A program made the position numbers and the translations under genes. DNA of 63,581 nucleotides, filler included, from Stramenopiles sp. TOSAG23-3 (taxonomy: Eukaryota): NCBI GenBank assembly GCA_900128585.1. It is 24 parts of 24 records of this genome, joined end to end, with 100 filler letters (N's around TTAATTAATTAA, not from the genome) between each part and the next. Parts side by side here need not be neighbours in the genome. Positions count along the whole stretch, not along the records: positions 1 to 2,570 come from LT644721.1; positions 2,671 to 5,237 come from LT644722.1; positions 5,338 to 7,904 come from LT644723.1; positions 8,005 to 10,568 come from LT644724.1; positions 10,669 to 13,231 come from LT644725.1; 19 more parts are not named here. One strand, written 5' to 3'. The notes under the pieces were generated by a model that was not told where the DNA came from, ran no database searches, and saw nothing but the letters and a program-made list of their open reading frames with translations. Positions within the stretch are counted from its first letter, which is position 1, and the number at the start of each line of letters is the position of its first letter. This document shows positions 1-10,883 of this stretch, one piece after another.

Positions 1-144
1 AAATCAATTCTCTACTTCTTTTTTATAATTAAATGAATAATTAGACTATAAATATTAGTTCTATTAAAATCAAAATCAATTCTATACTTCTTTTTTATAA
101 TTAAATGAATAATTAGACTATAAATATTAGTCCTATTAAAATCA
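1..144. repeat. Tandem duplication, 2 x 72 bp, AT-rich
   Basis: aaatcaattc(t)(c/a)tacttcttttttataattaaatgaataattagactataaatattagt(t/c)ctattaaaatc occurs at 1 and again at 73 with two substitutions. Confidence 0.85.
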
Positions 145-671
145 TTTGATTTGATTTACTAATACAGTACAAAACTGTACTGTACCCTGCACCGTGCGAA
201 ATAAAATATCAGGAGGAGGAGGAGGAGGAAGAAGAAAGAATAATAAAATCAATAAAAAAAAATAATAATTAATAATAAAAAAAATAATACAGTAGTAATA
301 CTGTAAGTAGTAAGTAATATAATTAATTATAATGATCGATACCAGTAGTGTCTAGGTATTGATTTTATTATTATATAATAATAATAATAATAAATATAAA
401 AATTAATAATAATAATAATAATAAAAAAAAAATGTCTTCTTCTTTTATACTTCTCCTCAATTATTGAATAAAAAATACTATTTCAAATACTTTACAAAAA
501 CAATACAACAAAAGTATACCAGGTGGGTCTGATTTGGACCACTCTCTTCTTTCTTCTTTTCTTTAAAAACATTGGTGTCTTTCCTGTTGTTTGTGTGTGT
601 GCGTGTACGACCGACCGTTCAACGGTAACCCTCCCTCAAAGAGCTTTGTTTTGTATCTCCCCCCCACCCCC

Positions 672-2429
672 ATGTCGACCACGAAGAAGGACGACGACGA
701 GAATGACCCGTGGTTGTCGGCGTGGTACGACCCCGTCGCTCAGATAAAGTGCTTCTCCAGTACGATGCGCCTGGCGGATTTGGCCGGGGACGGGGACGGG
801 TGCCTGATTACGGCGGACATGGACTGCCGGCTTCGAATTTTCAAAGGGACGTCGCTTGTGTCCGACCACGCCCTGCTGGACGTCCCCGTGGCCATGTGCG
901 CGTTCTACACGGACACCCACCGGCCGCGGACCCCCGCGGTCGCGGTTGCCAGCGGGTCGTTCGTGTTCATCTACCGAAACCTGAGGCCTTACTTCAAGTT
1001 CACGCTCCCGGCGGTGACGCTGGCGGAGGAGGAGGTAAAGATATGGGACGAGTTGAAGGCCGGAAAGGTGCGGACCGCGGACGCGGTCAAGGCCTTGGCG
1101 GAGGCCCGGGACAAGGGCGTCGGGCTCTCGTCCCGGTCACACAATTTGCTGTTTTTGGAAAAGCCGGAGGAGCGCGAGATGTTCGTCGTGTCGTCGAAGA
1201 ACCAGACGCTGAAGCAGCAGACCGTCGTGACATGCATGGAAACGATGAACAAGGACATGGACGAGGTGGACGCCGTGAGCAGCTTGGTCATCGGGACGGA
1301 GGCCGGGGACGTGCTCCTCTTGGACCCCCCGGGGTCGTCCATCCTCAAGCAGATCCCGCTGCCCAGCGTTCCCACCCACCTCGCCGTGACCGGCCTCCAT
1401 GACGTGTCCTACCGGATCGTCGTGGCGTGCCGGGACGGGAACGTTTACCAGATCAAGGACGGGGACCTCCTCGGGAAGAAGATCGAGTTAGAAGCCCAGC
1501 TAGTGGACGTCCTCTGCATGTCCAAGCAAATCGTCGTCGCCTGCATGGACAAGGCCCTCCGGGTGTACCACTACAAGGGGAAGAAGAACTTTAGCATCTA
1601 CCTACCCCACGCGGTGACCAACTTGGAGCGGGTCAACGTTCGGCGGCAGCGGGTAATGGAGTGCTACGCGCTCGCGATGGAAAATGGTGAAGTTCGGGTG
1701 TACAATGGGAAGAACATGGTGTCCTCCTTCAAAACGGACGGGGTCGTCTGCGCCATGCGGTTTGGCTCCTACGGTCGGGAGAACAACACTTTACTAGTCG
1801 CCACCCAGAGTGGGTCCCTGCATGTAAAAATGCTCCGCAGGGACGCAAAGATGGACGGCGGGGGGAAGCCGGGGCCCCCGCCGGAGCAGGACATGCCCCT
1901 GGACGTTCCGAAAAAGACCAAGCTGTACGTTGAACAAACGCAGCGAGAGCGGGACCAGGCGGTGGAAATGCACCGGGTGTTCCAGCGCGACCTGTGCAAG
2001 CTTCGGCTCACCACGGCGCGCGCGTACGTTAAAATAATAGGGGCGGAGGGGGCGGCGGCGGGGGCACGAAGTAGTCAGCCCTCGACGATCATGTCTGCCT
2101 CGAACGTTAGATTAAATGTAAAGGTGCAGGGGCTGGGCCCAATGTTTCGCTTGATTGTAGATATACAAAACACCGGGAAGGAGACGATCATGGAGTCCCC
2201 CCTCGTCGCGCACTTCAACACGAAGCTGTACCGCACGGGGAAGGCGCTCCAAATCGTCCCGTTGCTGATCCCGGGCCTGCTGTATCACTACATTTTTGAA
2301 GTGGAAAGCATCGACGAAAACGGGGCTGCCGGGGACATTCACATCCTGTTGACGAGCAAGAAAAGCTCCGTGCCGTTGATCACTGCCTTGGTCAAAATGC
2401 CATTGGCCGAACTCCCCATGGATGATTAA
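672..2429 (+). CDS. BBS1: Bardet-Biedl syndrome 1 protein (BBSome subunit)
   Basis: Motifs WLSAWYDP, LADLAGDGD, YRNLRPYFKFTLP, VPKKTKLYVEQTQRERDQ, FQRDLCKLRL and V-QGLGP-F; first ATG at 672; intronless. Confidence 0.95.
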   Translation: MSTTKKDDDENDPWLSAWYDPVAQIKCFSSTMRLADLAGDGDGCLITADMDCRLRIFKGTSLVSDHALLDVPVAMCAFYTDTHRPRTPAVAVASGSFVFIYRNLRPYFKFTLPAVTLAEEEVKIWDELKAGKVRTADAVKALAEARDKGVGLSSRSHNLLFLEKPEEREMFVVSSKNQTLKQQTVVTCMETMNKDMDEVDAVSSLVIGTEAGDVLLLDPPGSSILKQIPLPSVPTHLAVTGLHDVSYRIVVACRDGNVYQIKDGDLLGKKIELEAQLVDVLCMSKQIVVACMDKALRVYHYKGKKNFSIYLPHAVTNLERVNVRRQRVMECYALAMENGEVRVYNGKNMVSSFKTDGVVCAMRFGSYGRENNTLLVATQSGSLHVKMLRRDAKMDGGGKPGPPPEQDMPLDVPKKTKLYVEQTQRERDQAVEMHRVFQRDLCKLRLTTARAYVKIIGAEGAAAGARSSQPSTIMSASNVRLNVKVQGLGPMFRLIVDIQNTGKETIMESPLVAHFNTKLYRTGKALQIVPLLIPGLLYHYIFEVESIDENGAAGDIHILLTSKKSSVPLITALVKMPLAELPMDD

Positions 2430-2570
2430 TTGGAACAACGGTTTTTCTATTTCCATGGTCTACATTTATTTATACACCCTCCTCCTCGTATTATTTATAT
2501 TATTATTTTAAAGAAGAAGAAGAAGTGTTTGATTTTCATTCTCTTCTCCTCTCTTCCTCCTTGTTGTGAA

Positions 2571-2670
2571 NNNNNNNNNNNNNNNNNNNNNNNNNNNNNN
2601 NNNNNNNNNNNNNNTTAATTAATTAANNNNNNNNNNNNNNNNNNNNNNNNNNNNNNNNNNNNNNNNNNNN
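2571..2670. other. Artificial contig linker (44 N + TTAATTAATTAA + 44 N). 23 copies start at 2571, 5238, 7905, 10569, 13232, 15895, 18558, 21220, 23880, 26536, 29191, 31845, 34496, 37146, 39794, 42441, 45088, 47733, 50378, 53020, 55662, 58303, 60943
   Basis: Identical 100-bp unit with stops in all six frames; the contigs between linkers decrease in length from 2570 to 2539 bp. Confidence 0.99.
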
Positions 2671-2891
2671 TAGAGTCTACGAGAATCCATTCCTTCCATC
2701 ATGGACCATGGACGTACCAATCTATGTATGCCTCTTTTATCTTTTCTGCTTTTTCTATTGATTCCTATTCTTTACTTTTCGTTACGTTTTGTTTCGGATT
2801 CAATCGAGGTAATTTAAAGTGTACCTAGATAAAACTAAAGAGTCGGCTACTTTCTACATAGTTTTACCGTTTTAACATTTTAAGAACGTGA

Positions 2892-4991
2892 TTGAGACAA
2901 CGGGGAGAGGGACGGCAGTCGGTACGCATTGACGGCGGTCTCTTGGGCGACGGCGGTGTAAGCACGATGATCAAAACGAAACGCAACACTGCTATAAGAA
3001 AGGAGTTGAGGGATCAAATTGGCAGGAAAAGCAAAGTTCAAGGGATTGCGAAAGCAAATGCCATGATTGTACATGGTGATCCCGACAAGATCGAAATAGG
3101 AAACTTGAAGCGCCTTCTTGGTGTCGAGAAAGCCGCCTATTCGGAATTAAAAGGGGAGCTTGGATTGTTGAAAACAAAGTTGGTCAAAGAGAAACGGATG
3201 GCACGGGCGTCCATGCATAGACTGGAGGAGATGGTGAAGCGGTACCAAAAGGAGAGCCACGACCTTCGGGCCAAGCTGGACGACCACCGAAACCACCACC
3301 ACCACGCCTTAGAAAACTTAGAACGCGAGCACGACAGGAACTTGAAGGACGTAGTGAAACACTCGAACGAATTGCAGGAGCGCGCGGTCAACCACCTCAA
3401 CTACGGACACAAGCACATGCTGATTAGCCGAAAAACAATGGAGGAGGCAGCCGCCAGGGAAGACAAGCTGCGGAGGGAGCTTGAAGAGCAGAGAAAGAGC
3501 CAAGCAGAGCAGATAAAGCGAGCAAGCCAGCGGGAGATCGACCGCGTCAAGGCCCAGTACGAGCACAGCAAAGAGCAGGATAGAAAGGAGTTCGAATTCA
3601 CCCTCCAATCGTTCAAGGACTACCACAAAGAACGCATGGAGGAGTCCGAGCAGTACAAGGAAGAGTTGACAACGCTGTACAAGCACTGCAACGGGCTGAC
3701 AAAAATGGTGAAGAGGATGGAGATGCAGGCGTACCCTGTGAGAGTCAAGGGCGACAACTTGAAAATGTTTGTCATTCCCCAAGAGGAGAAGCCCGCTGCG
3801 TTCCAGAGTTACATGGAACGCCGAAAGGTGCTTAAGGCCTCCGTCGACGTTGTCGAGCAGTACACCAACGCACTATCAGAGTACGAGGACCCGCCCCGGG
3901 AAGAAACGACAGAGCACGACGTTGGGGGGAAGAAGGAGGCGGAGGACATCGAAAAGATTGCAGAAAAATACGTCCCTGGCCTGCGACAGAAGCATTTGGA
4001 GAAAAAACTGTCGGCGGACATGTCGTCCCTTAGCAACCCTTTGATGATAAGCAATGTCAGCACCTTTGTCCGCCACGTGGAAGCTGCCGTCCCAGAGCGA
4101 GAACCGTTCGTTTACAACGCCCCACCCCACCTGTTGACGAAAGACAGCGACTGTGAGAAGAAGGGCAGTGATCCCTTAGAGCACGAAGTAGTCATCGTCG
4201 GCCACGCGGACGCTGCGAAGCACCGGGCCGTAAAGGATGACGACGCGCACCTCGTTGTCCGCCACGTGGAAGCCGCCAAACTCCTCATAGATGCCCACGA
4301 GGACGACCACGACGACCTCGCAGAGGCTGCCGCAGCCCCCACCGTTGGCGAGAAAGACGAGCGCGTGGAAGCCGAAGATGTGACGGACCTCTCCGAGCCA
4401 CACACGGACGAGACCCCGACCGAGACGTTTCTGCGAAGAAAGCGACTTCGGGCCAGGCCCAAAAGTGCCAACCCACCGACCTACAACCGCAGGGCGTTCC
4501 TGAACATTACCGGTCCGAAGAAGATCAGCGTGCACAGCAGCAATCGTCCAGAAACTGCACGAGCAGTGCTGTCGGCCAGGAACACGGGCAACACGTTCGT
4601 ACTGAGTGGATCGCCTCGAAGCGGAGGGTTTGGCAGCCGCACAGCAAGGCAGCCCACGTCGGCGAACCGGAAACGGCAAAGTCCCGTATGGAATGCAAGG
4701 GTTCTTCGGCAATTTCAGGGCAAGGCGAAGACGGGAAGGAGCGCTGCGAACGGTGCAAGGGAGGAGCGGAAGAAGGAGGCGGCGACGAAGGAAAAGGCAG
4801 TGGACGTCCACCATGAAATAAAAAAGATGCACGCCCAGAGAAGGAAGAAAGGGACCGTGCCTCCCCGCCGGCAGCGGAATCGTCCAGCGTCCGCATCGTT
4901 AGCGTCCAGACTCCACGTTAACGGAAGGGTTCGACCAAGCAGCGGGTCCCCGCGAGCAAGGGCGGGCCATCGTCGCAACAATATGTCGTAG
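2892..4991 (+). CDS. Uncharacterised coiled-coil protein with basic, disordered C-terminus (first ATG at 2967; an upstream exon is possible)
   Basis: 699-codon ORF with host-like GC; E/K/R-rich heptad region followed by RPxSA/RPxTA low-complexity tail. Confidence 0.7.
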   Translation: MRQRGEGRQSVRIDGGLLGDGGVSTMIKTKRNTAIRKELRDQIGRKSKVQGIAKANAMIVHGDPDKIEIGNLKRLLGVEKAAYSELKGELGLLKTKLVKEKRMARASMHRLEEMVKRYQKESHDLRAKLDDHRNHHHHALENLEREHDRNLKDVVKHSNELQERAVNHLNYGHKHMLISRKTMEEAAAREDKLRRELEEQRKSQAEQIKRASQREIDRVKAQYEHSKEQDRKEFEFTLQSFKDYHKERMEESEQYKEELTTLYKHCNGLTKMVKRMEMQAYPVRVKGDNLKMFVIPQEEKPAAFQSYMERRKVLKASVDVVEQYTNALSEYEDPPREETTEHDVGGKKEAEDIEKIAEKYVPGLRQKHLEKKLSADMSSLSNPLMISNVSTFVRHVEAAVPEREPFVYNAPPHLLTKDSDCEKKGSDPLEHEVVIVGHADAAKHRAVKDDDAHLVVRHVEAAKLLIDAHEDDHDDLAEAAAAPTVGEKDERVEAEDVTDLSEPHTDETPTETFLRRKRLRARPKSANPPTYNRRAFLNITGPKKISVHSSNRPETARAVLSARNTGNTFVLSGSPRSGGFGSRTARQPTSANRKRQSPVWNARVLRQFQGKAKTGRSAANGAREERKKEAATKEKAVDVHHEIKKMHAQRRKKGTVPPRRQRNRPASASLASRLHVNGRVRPSSGSPRARAGHRRNNMS

Positions 4992-5337
4992 AAAAAAGAA
5001 AAGTTTGTTTACGGATGGAAATACAATATCGTAGGAAGTAGGGAGAGCAGGGGGTACAAATAATGTTTTTTTAGGATACTTCCTTGCACACGTAATTAAG
5101 AGTTTATAATGAATCACTGTTTCTTTAAAGTAAAAAAATGCAAGAAATTTAATAATGTTTCCTCCCCCAATCCTGGGAGGCACGCAGAACCAAAACGTGC
5201 AGACGCGCAGGCGTTGAAAGAGCGCGCCGGAACTCAGNNNNNNNNNNNNNNNNNNNNNNNNNNNNNNNNNNNNNNNNNNNNTTAATTAATTAANNNNNNN
5301 NNNNNNNNNNNNNNNNNNNNNNNNNNNNNNNNNNNNN

Positions 5338-5662
5338 ATCGCTCTTCTATTTCTTGAGAGTTCAAAGCCATACTTCCAATATCGGTTGTCCTACAAAACG
5401 GACATTGCGTCCCTTCACCAAACACGCCAAAATCCATATTGCCTGCCTTACATTTTTCTTCAATAAAGGCGGCCATTTCGTCAATTTCGGTTTTTCGCTT
5501 CTTAGACCGGGTTTCATTATCTAATTCCATTTGCCGTTGGATATGGCTTAGCTTAATACGCTCTTCTTCAACTTTTCTTTTTCGCAGAATAGCCTTTATT
5601 TTTTCAGCCGAGGCCTTTTCTCTTGCCTTACGTGCGTCTTCTTCGGCTTTTCTGGTTGCTGC
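5338..5662 (-). pseudogene. Degraded coiled-coil plus CxxC ORF downstream of the decayed recombinase; runs off the contig edge
   Basis: Open frame AATRKAEEDARKAREK...QCPFCRTT from an in-frame TAA at 5663-5665 to the contig edge, with no start codon at its 5' end. Confidence 0.45.
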
Positions 5663-5921
5663 TTACTGTTATGATTTCTATACAAAAAATACTCCCTCAC
5701 CAGTAGAGTGTCCTTTCTTGGGTGGGCCACAAAGTTGAGGCCATTATCGACCGAGCTGAAGAAGTCGTGTTGAAACGTTGTAGCGGTAGCCGAAAAGGGC
5801 TACCCAACGATTCAGTGCCGTCCAGATGGACGCATGTCCATCCGTCACTGGCACCAACGTGTGACAGACGTGTCTGTTAAACTTACGCTTTAAGTAAACC
5901 AAACTAAAATCTATTTTTTTT

Positions 5922-6867
5922 TTAATGCCGAAAGATGTTGCAATGACGGCACCACACTGTTCACTCACTTCTTGTGTGCAATTGTTCATTTGCATTTCTT
6001 GACAACTACCTTTCCTTACCGAATGTGTACTTGTTCGACCTGGTAGATCAAGCGTATCCTTGCAAATAAAACGAAGACGATGGCTTAATGAGCTTTTTGT
6101 ACAACGGTTTTTCAGAGTGAAGCGAAAAAATCCTGGTAAAGCGGGTTCACGGAAATTAAGGTCATCACCCGACCAATATACTGATCAGGCTTGGCCAGCC
6201 AGTTGGAATAAGTTCCCTGGACTCCTGCCATCCCACTAAATGTTTTTGTAGTTTTAAAACCAGCATGGCACATCCGTATTTCGACAGCATCAGTGTCAGT
6301 ATTTGCCATTGAACCTGTAGCTCTTTGCTAGTTTTCGTATTCCATGCGAAGTAATATCCAATGATACAAAGAAATCCTTCCAAAATCCATTGTGCACATC
6401 AGAACTGGATTCAGAGTCACGACGGAACATTCCAGCATTTTCCTTGTTTTTCTCTAACTTGAACACCTTTCCTCGGAGATACTCCATCAAGGAATTTGTG
6501 TCCTTTCATCACTCCCATCTACATAATCGTCTGATTCTTTTGTAGTGCTATTCGAGAATAAACTGTCAGTTGATAAATCGTGTGTCACGGCCAAAACAAT
6601 CCCCTCCTTCAGGATAGCAGGAGGTTGCACACCGTGCCCCTCAAATTGCATACCTTTAAGAATTGATTTTTCTTCATCCATCATGAACAGCAGGGACCAA
6701 TACTTTTGTTCTCCACTCCCAGCTGCTTTCACCAATTGTTGGCAATGCGTGCTCTAACAAATGCTGCAATTCTCTGGGAATACGCCATCATTTTGCTTCT
6801 CCATTTTTTTCTTTTTTTCCAATGCTAATGAAAAGTCTCTGAGGCCACTTCCAGCACCAGAAGTCAT
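5922..6867 (-). pseudogene. Decayed tyrosine recombinase with an N-terminal CxxC...HC motif (DIRS/Crypton-like element remnant)
   Basis: Stitching minus frames gives, in the correct order, MTSG...ENCSIC*STHC, HGIRK (R, ~6332-6346), GFKTTK (K, ~6250), PGFFRF...SLSHRLRFICKDTLDLPGRTSTHSVRKG (HxxR, 6011-6025) and CRHCNIFRH* (TAA one base from Tyr, 5922-5924); several stops and frameshifts. Confidence 0.7.
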
Positions 6868-7350
6868 GTTTCACCAACTCGTCTCCAAATCTAAACGAGA
6901 AATATTAAACAAAATGTTTATGTTAGGATTAGGGATTTTATAGTACAAATTATGCAGTACATTCTAACAATTAATTTACCAATAATAATAATAGGAGCTA
7001 TTATAATCCAATTAACCCATCACACCACCACCACCATTCCTCGTAGTAGTATTCATATTAGTAGTCTATTTAATCATCATCATACATTATATTATCTCCT
7101 CATTTTTTCATCATCATATTATATTTTTGTATGTACCAACTACTCCTCGTCTTCTATAAAATAATAATAATTGTGGTTCATTAGCTGCCCGACCAATTCA
7201 CATAACCAAACGTATATAGGGTATATAAATTACATTACCCCATCCTCTTCGTACTCAGCAAATACAATTCACAGCCCCAAAGCCCACGCCCGCCCAAGCC
7301 GAAAATCAGCCGGACGCTCGCTCGTCGGCCCCATCTTTTCAACGCATACG

Positions 7351-7904
7351 ATGGCAGACCGCTCGCGCAAGAATGCACGCTCGTTCGCGGACATGGTTGG
7401 AACGACAGACGACGCGGACGCGTTTGCAAACAGGCTGCTTAGTCGAGATAAAAAGGCTCCCCACTCTGCAGAATCGAACGATGACTCTTCGCGTGCAGAG
7501 ATCCACTCGCTGTCCGGCAAAGCTCGCGAACAATCGATGGCCAAATTGCGCGAGAAGTCTCGGCAGTCGTACCTATCGAAACGGGAAGAGTTGGAGCTGA
7601 GAAAGTTGGAGCTGAAGATCCAAGACGAGGAGCGCATGTTTAAGAAAGCGAAATTGACGGATTCCGAGGTGCGCCAGCTGGAGATCGACAAGGAACTCTT
7701 GACGATTGCCAAATCGCGGCGGAATCTGAGAAAGGACGTGTCGGGGTATTTCATCCCGGGGGAAGGGAACGAGGGGAGGGAGACGGAGCAGCAAGAGGGT
7801 GGCTTTCACACCGTGGACGAGTTTTTGCCAAAGCGCGGGACGGTCAGCGCCAAGGCGGCGCCCGAGCCCAGCGAAGTGGACAAGGAATACAATACATTTT
7901 TGCA
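7351..7904 (+). CDS. DHX16: DEAH-box splicing helicase Prp2/DHX16-like, N-terminal fragment
   Basis: LREKSRQSYLSKRE...I.DEE.MF....LT..E matches the DHX16/ESP3 N-terminal region; truncated by the contig end before the helicase core. Confidence 0.7.
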
Positions 7905-8004
7905 NNNNNNNNNNNNNNNNNNNNNNNNNNNNNNNNNNNNNNNNNNNNTTAATTAATTAANNNNNNNNNNNNNNNNNNNNNNNNNNNNNNNNNNNNNNNN
8001 NNNN

Positions 8005-9441
8005 GTTCTTCTCGACCAGTGGCCGGTCCACGTGCGGCCCGAAAGGAGGCTCACCCGCCCATTGAACAGAGATAGCGGTGGAGTCCAGAATACAGTCGCT
8101 GCCAAGCATGATTTCCACCTCCTGAAGCACATAAGGGTCTTCGATCATTTCGAAAAACGAAGGGTCCCACGCTCTGCATCTGTTCGATTTCATCCCGCAG
8201 AGCGGATCGAGGTACCTGGACCGATCTGCCGGAGACATGGACGGGGATTTCTCGCTAAATTCTTCCCGGCCTGTTATGACTGAACGAATCCTGCCAACGG
8301 CTCCTTTTCCCGTCACTGGCCCTACAACCGCAACGCCCTTTTCTCGTACGGCAGCCGCAGCAGCGCCGGCGGGAGGCAACCGGTGCGGACAGCGGACGGT
8401 CTCGAAGCTCGATCGCGGCGCATACACGTGCAGCGGGGTATCCAGTTCCCAGTCGTGCATCGGGACGCCCATATCTGCAGTGTACGGCAATGTGGAGTGC
8501 AGCTTCGCAAAGATTGAAGCAATGCAGATGTCCGAGTCTGTTTCGTAAATCTGCATGCACGCATCCCGAACGTCTAGTAGCACGTCGTTGCCGTTCCCAC
8601 TTTCTCGGGGGGTGAAAGTAAAGGTGGTAGGACTGCCATCACCTTCCGCAGAAAGTTTTATCTGCGACATATCGTACACGACTGCCCTGTCCACACTTTC
8701 TATGAAACGTGCATAGTCCAACGGGACAAGGTTCCACTGGCTATGGTACTCGTACACGGCCTGCCTGTCCAGCCCGCCAGCGTGCAGGAGCTCACTCGGA
8801 GGGGATCGTCCCGCATTACCCAACTTTTGCAAAAAGCCCCATGAGACTGCGCCCAATACCGACTCCTTTGGGTGTTCCAGAATTCTCCATTTAGTTCGCT
8901 GCAAGGGGCTCTTCAGAAAAGTTTGGATGTTTGAGTTTGCCTGTTCAAGAACCATCCACGACCCTTCGATCACCAGAGTTCCATACAATTCCATTGCGCG
9001 AAAACTATCCGAAGAACTAAGTGTACCCCCTATTACTACCATGGAACGATCGTGTTTTGGACTCACCAGTGCCAAGACTCTGTCTAACGCCGTCAACGCG
9101 TTTCCCTCCATTACGGTGACCCGTGGGTGGTCTCGCACCGCGGCGTCGACCAACCCACGCTTGAAGCCAACGGCGACGACCCTTCCGTTGTTAACGACGT
9201 CCATACCGTGCGCAATCCACAAAATGGACGCGTGATGTTCGCCGCCGACCCATACGACAACATCTGGTTTACTGTCAAAAAGAACTTGATGAAGAACATT
9301 CATATCCAAAGGAGGCGAAGAGAGTGGAAGGCCCATGTACTCCGCAGCAACGGGCGCCTTTAACGCCCGGCCCGGCCCATCGCCGAGACAGGTGAGTGTC
9401 GTACACAACAGTATCGTAAGAAGCGTGCACACTTGTACCAT
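8005..9441 (-). CDS. Secretory-pathway multidomain protein: signal peptide + CmcI-like O-methyltransferase + PhyH-like 2OG-Fe(II) dioxygenase (3' truncated)
   Basis: Hydrophobic N-terminus; PLDM..LHQVLFDSKPDVVVWVG, HPRVTVMEGN and MELYGTLVIEGSWMVLE (CmcI-like); DP.VL..V..MLG.DC.L and PHVD (HxD). Confidence 0.6.
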
Positions 9442-9721
9442 TTTGCATTCGAACGGTCCGCTTCATAAAAAATTTAAAGATATCACAAATTTAAACGAGG
9501 ACACATGTTCTAAATCGAACGTGCAACCGAATAGAGGTCCACGTCGCTTTCCTGTTGGAATTGCCGAATGTAATAATATATAATATATAATCCGTGTGGA
9601 TGAGATTCAACGGCCACCGACCACAATACAATGCTGTGTGACTGTTAGTATTAAAAAAAATGTAGTAAAGATTTTGTTTACGTCCATCAAAGAAGGATCG
9701 TTTTTATCGTTTTTGCTAAAA

Positions 9722-10219
9722 AATAAAAAGACGACCGTCGCTGTTTTTTTTTTAGTAAAATGCCTTTGTAGACACCTGTTCTAAAAAGTGGTCAGTGTCC
9801 TTGGCGCGAATAAAAATCCGACTCGATTTTCAAAGTATGAAAGTGTGGCTACAAAAAATGACAAATGAAAAACAAGGGGACGCCTATCTGCATAAGTCTA
9901 GATCAGGCAATCGTTTCTTGTAGGATCTGCGGTCCTCAACGAACGTTTGTAAATTGTTTGCCTTCAATTGACTTGGAATTTCGGTTCCTAGGGACAATTT
10001 TTTGTGAAATGGACGATTTGGACCAAACCCCGCCGAAACAAACTCGTATTCATTCGCCGGCGTTGGAAAAACGAACCGTACTGGCATACTTTTATACATC
10101 AAAAAGCACTTTTGGCTGTTTAAATTTGTTAAAATTATCCTTTTTTCATAAAGATCTCTTCGTTTCAAATAGTTAACACAAAGTCGTATGCACTTTTTCA
10201 ATTCCGCGCCAAAGATACT
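9722..10219. mobile_element. Non-autonomous dispersed repeat with imperfect inverted repeats (9794-9810 / 10202-10219)
   Basis: The reverse complement of 9722-9830 aligns closely with 47833-47940 on another contig; agtgtccttggcgcgaa versus ttccgcgccaaagatact. Confidence 0.6.
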
Positions 10220-10883
10220 TGCATCCGCAATATTTTGTCTTTCTCCGTTATCAATGCTGTACCCCTATGATATTAAATGTTAGATGCTGTGCTACCTTAC
10301 TAAAAAATGCTCTAATAAGAGTAATTATTTGCATGCCAGCATGCCAGCATGCCAGCAGACCACCAGAGCGCGAAGAAGAAGCGCCTCTGATCTGATCTTA
10401 TTATACATTGTAATTGGTATACAGCAGTACTACTATATACCTTGAACTTCTTTTATTTTTCGTATTTTTTGCAGTTGTTTGGTTGGGTAATTGATTCGGA
10501 GCGGCTGCTTCGTAGCTTTAAGCGTTAATTCGCATCAAGCCACATGTACGACGGTAAGAAGAAGCGAANNNNNNNNNNNNNNNNNNNNNNNNNNNNNNNN
10601 NNNNNNNNNNNNTTAATTAATTAANNNNNNNNNNNNNNNNNNNNNNNNNNNNNNNNNNNNNNNNNNNNGTTTGGCCAAACAAGAATTGAATTTGTTTTGC
10701 GCGCATGAAGAATATATAATTTGAAATAAATGTAAAATGCATATATCTATTTATTTTATGATATCAAATAATATTAATTGTATATATATGTTTGTTTGTA
10801 GACTAGCATATTAATACCCTATATATCACCGAAATTTTTCCCAGTGATGTGTGCCGCCTATTAAATTTCCTTAGTACCTAAAA

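Noticed and set aside
617-630. X-box-like GTTCAACGGTAAC upstream of BBS1
   Set aside because: Only a half-site match, a single instance, and RFX regulation is not expected outside opisthokonts and their relatives.
5922-6867. Alternative genetic code or stop readthrough as the explanation for the broken ORFs
   Set aside because: The breaks include TAG, TGA and TAA plus frameshifts, which fits decay; intact genes use all three stops normally.
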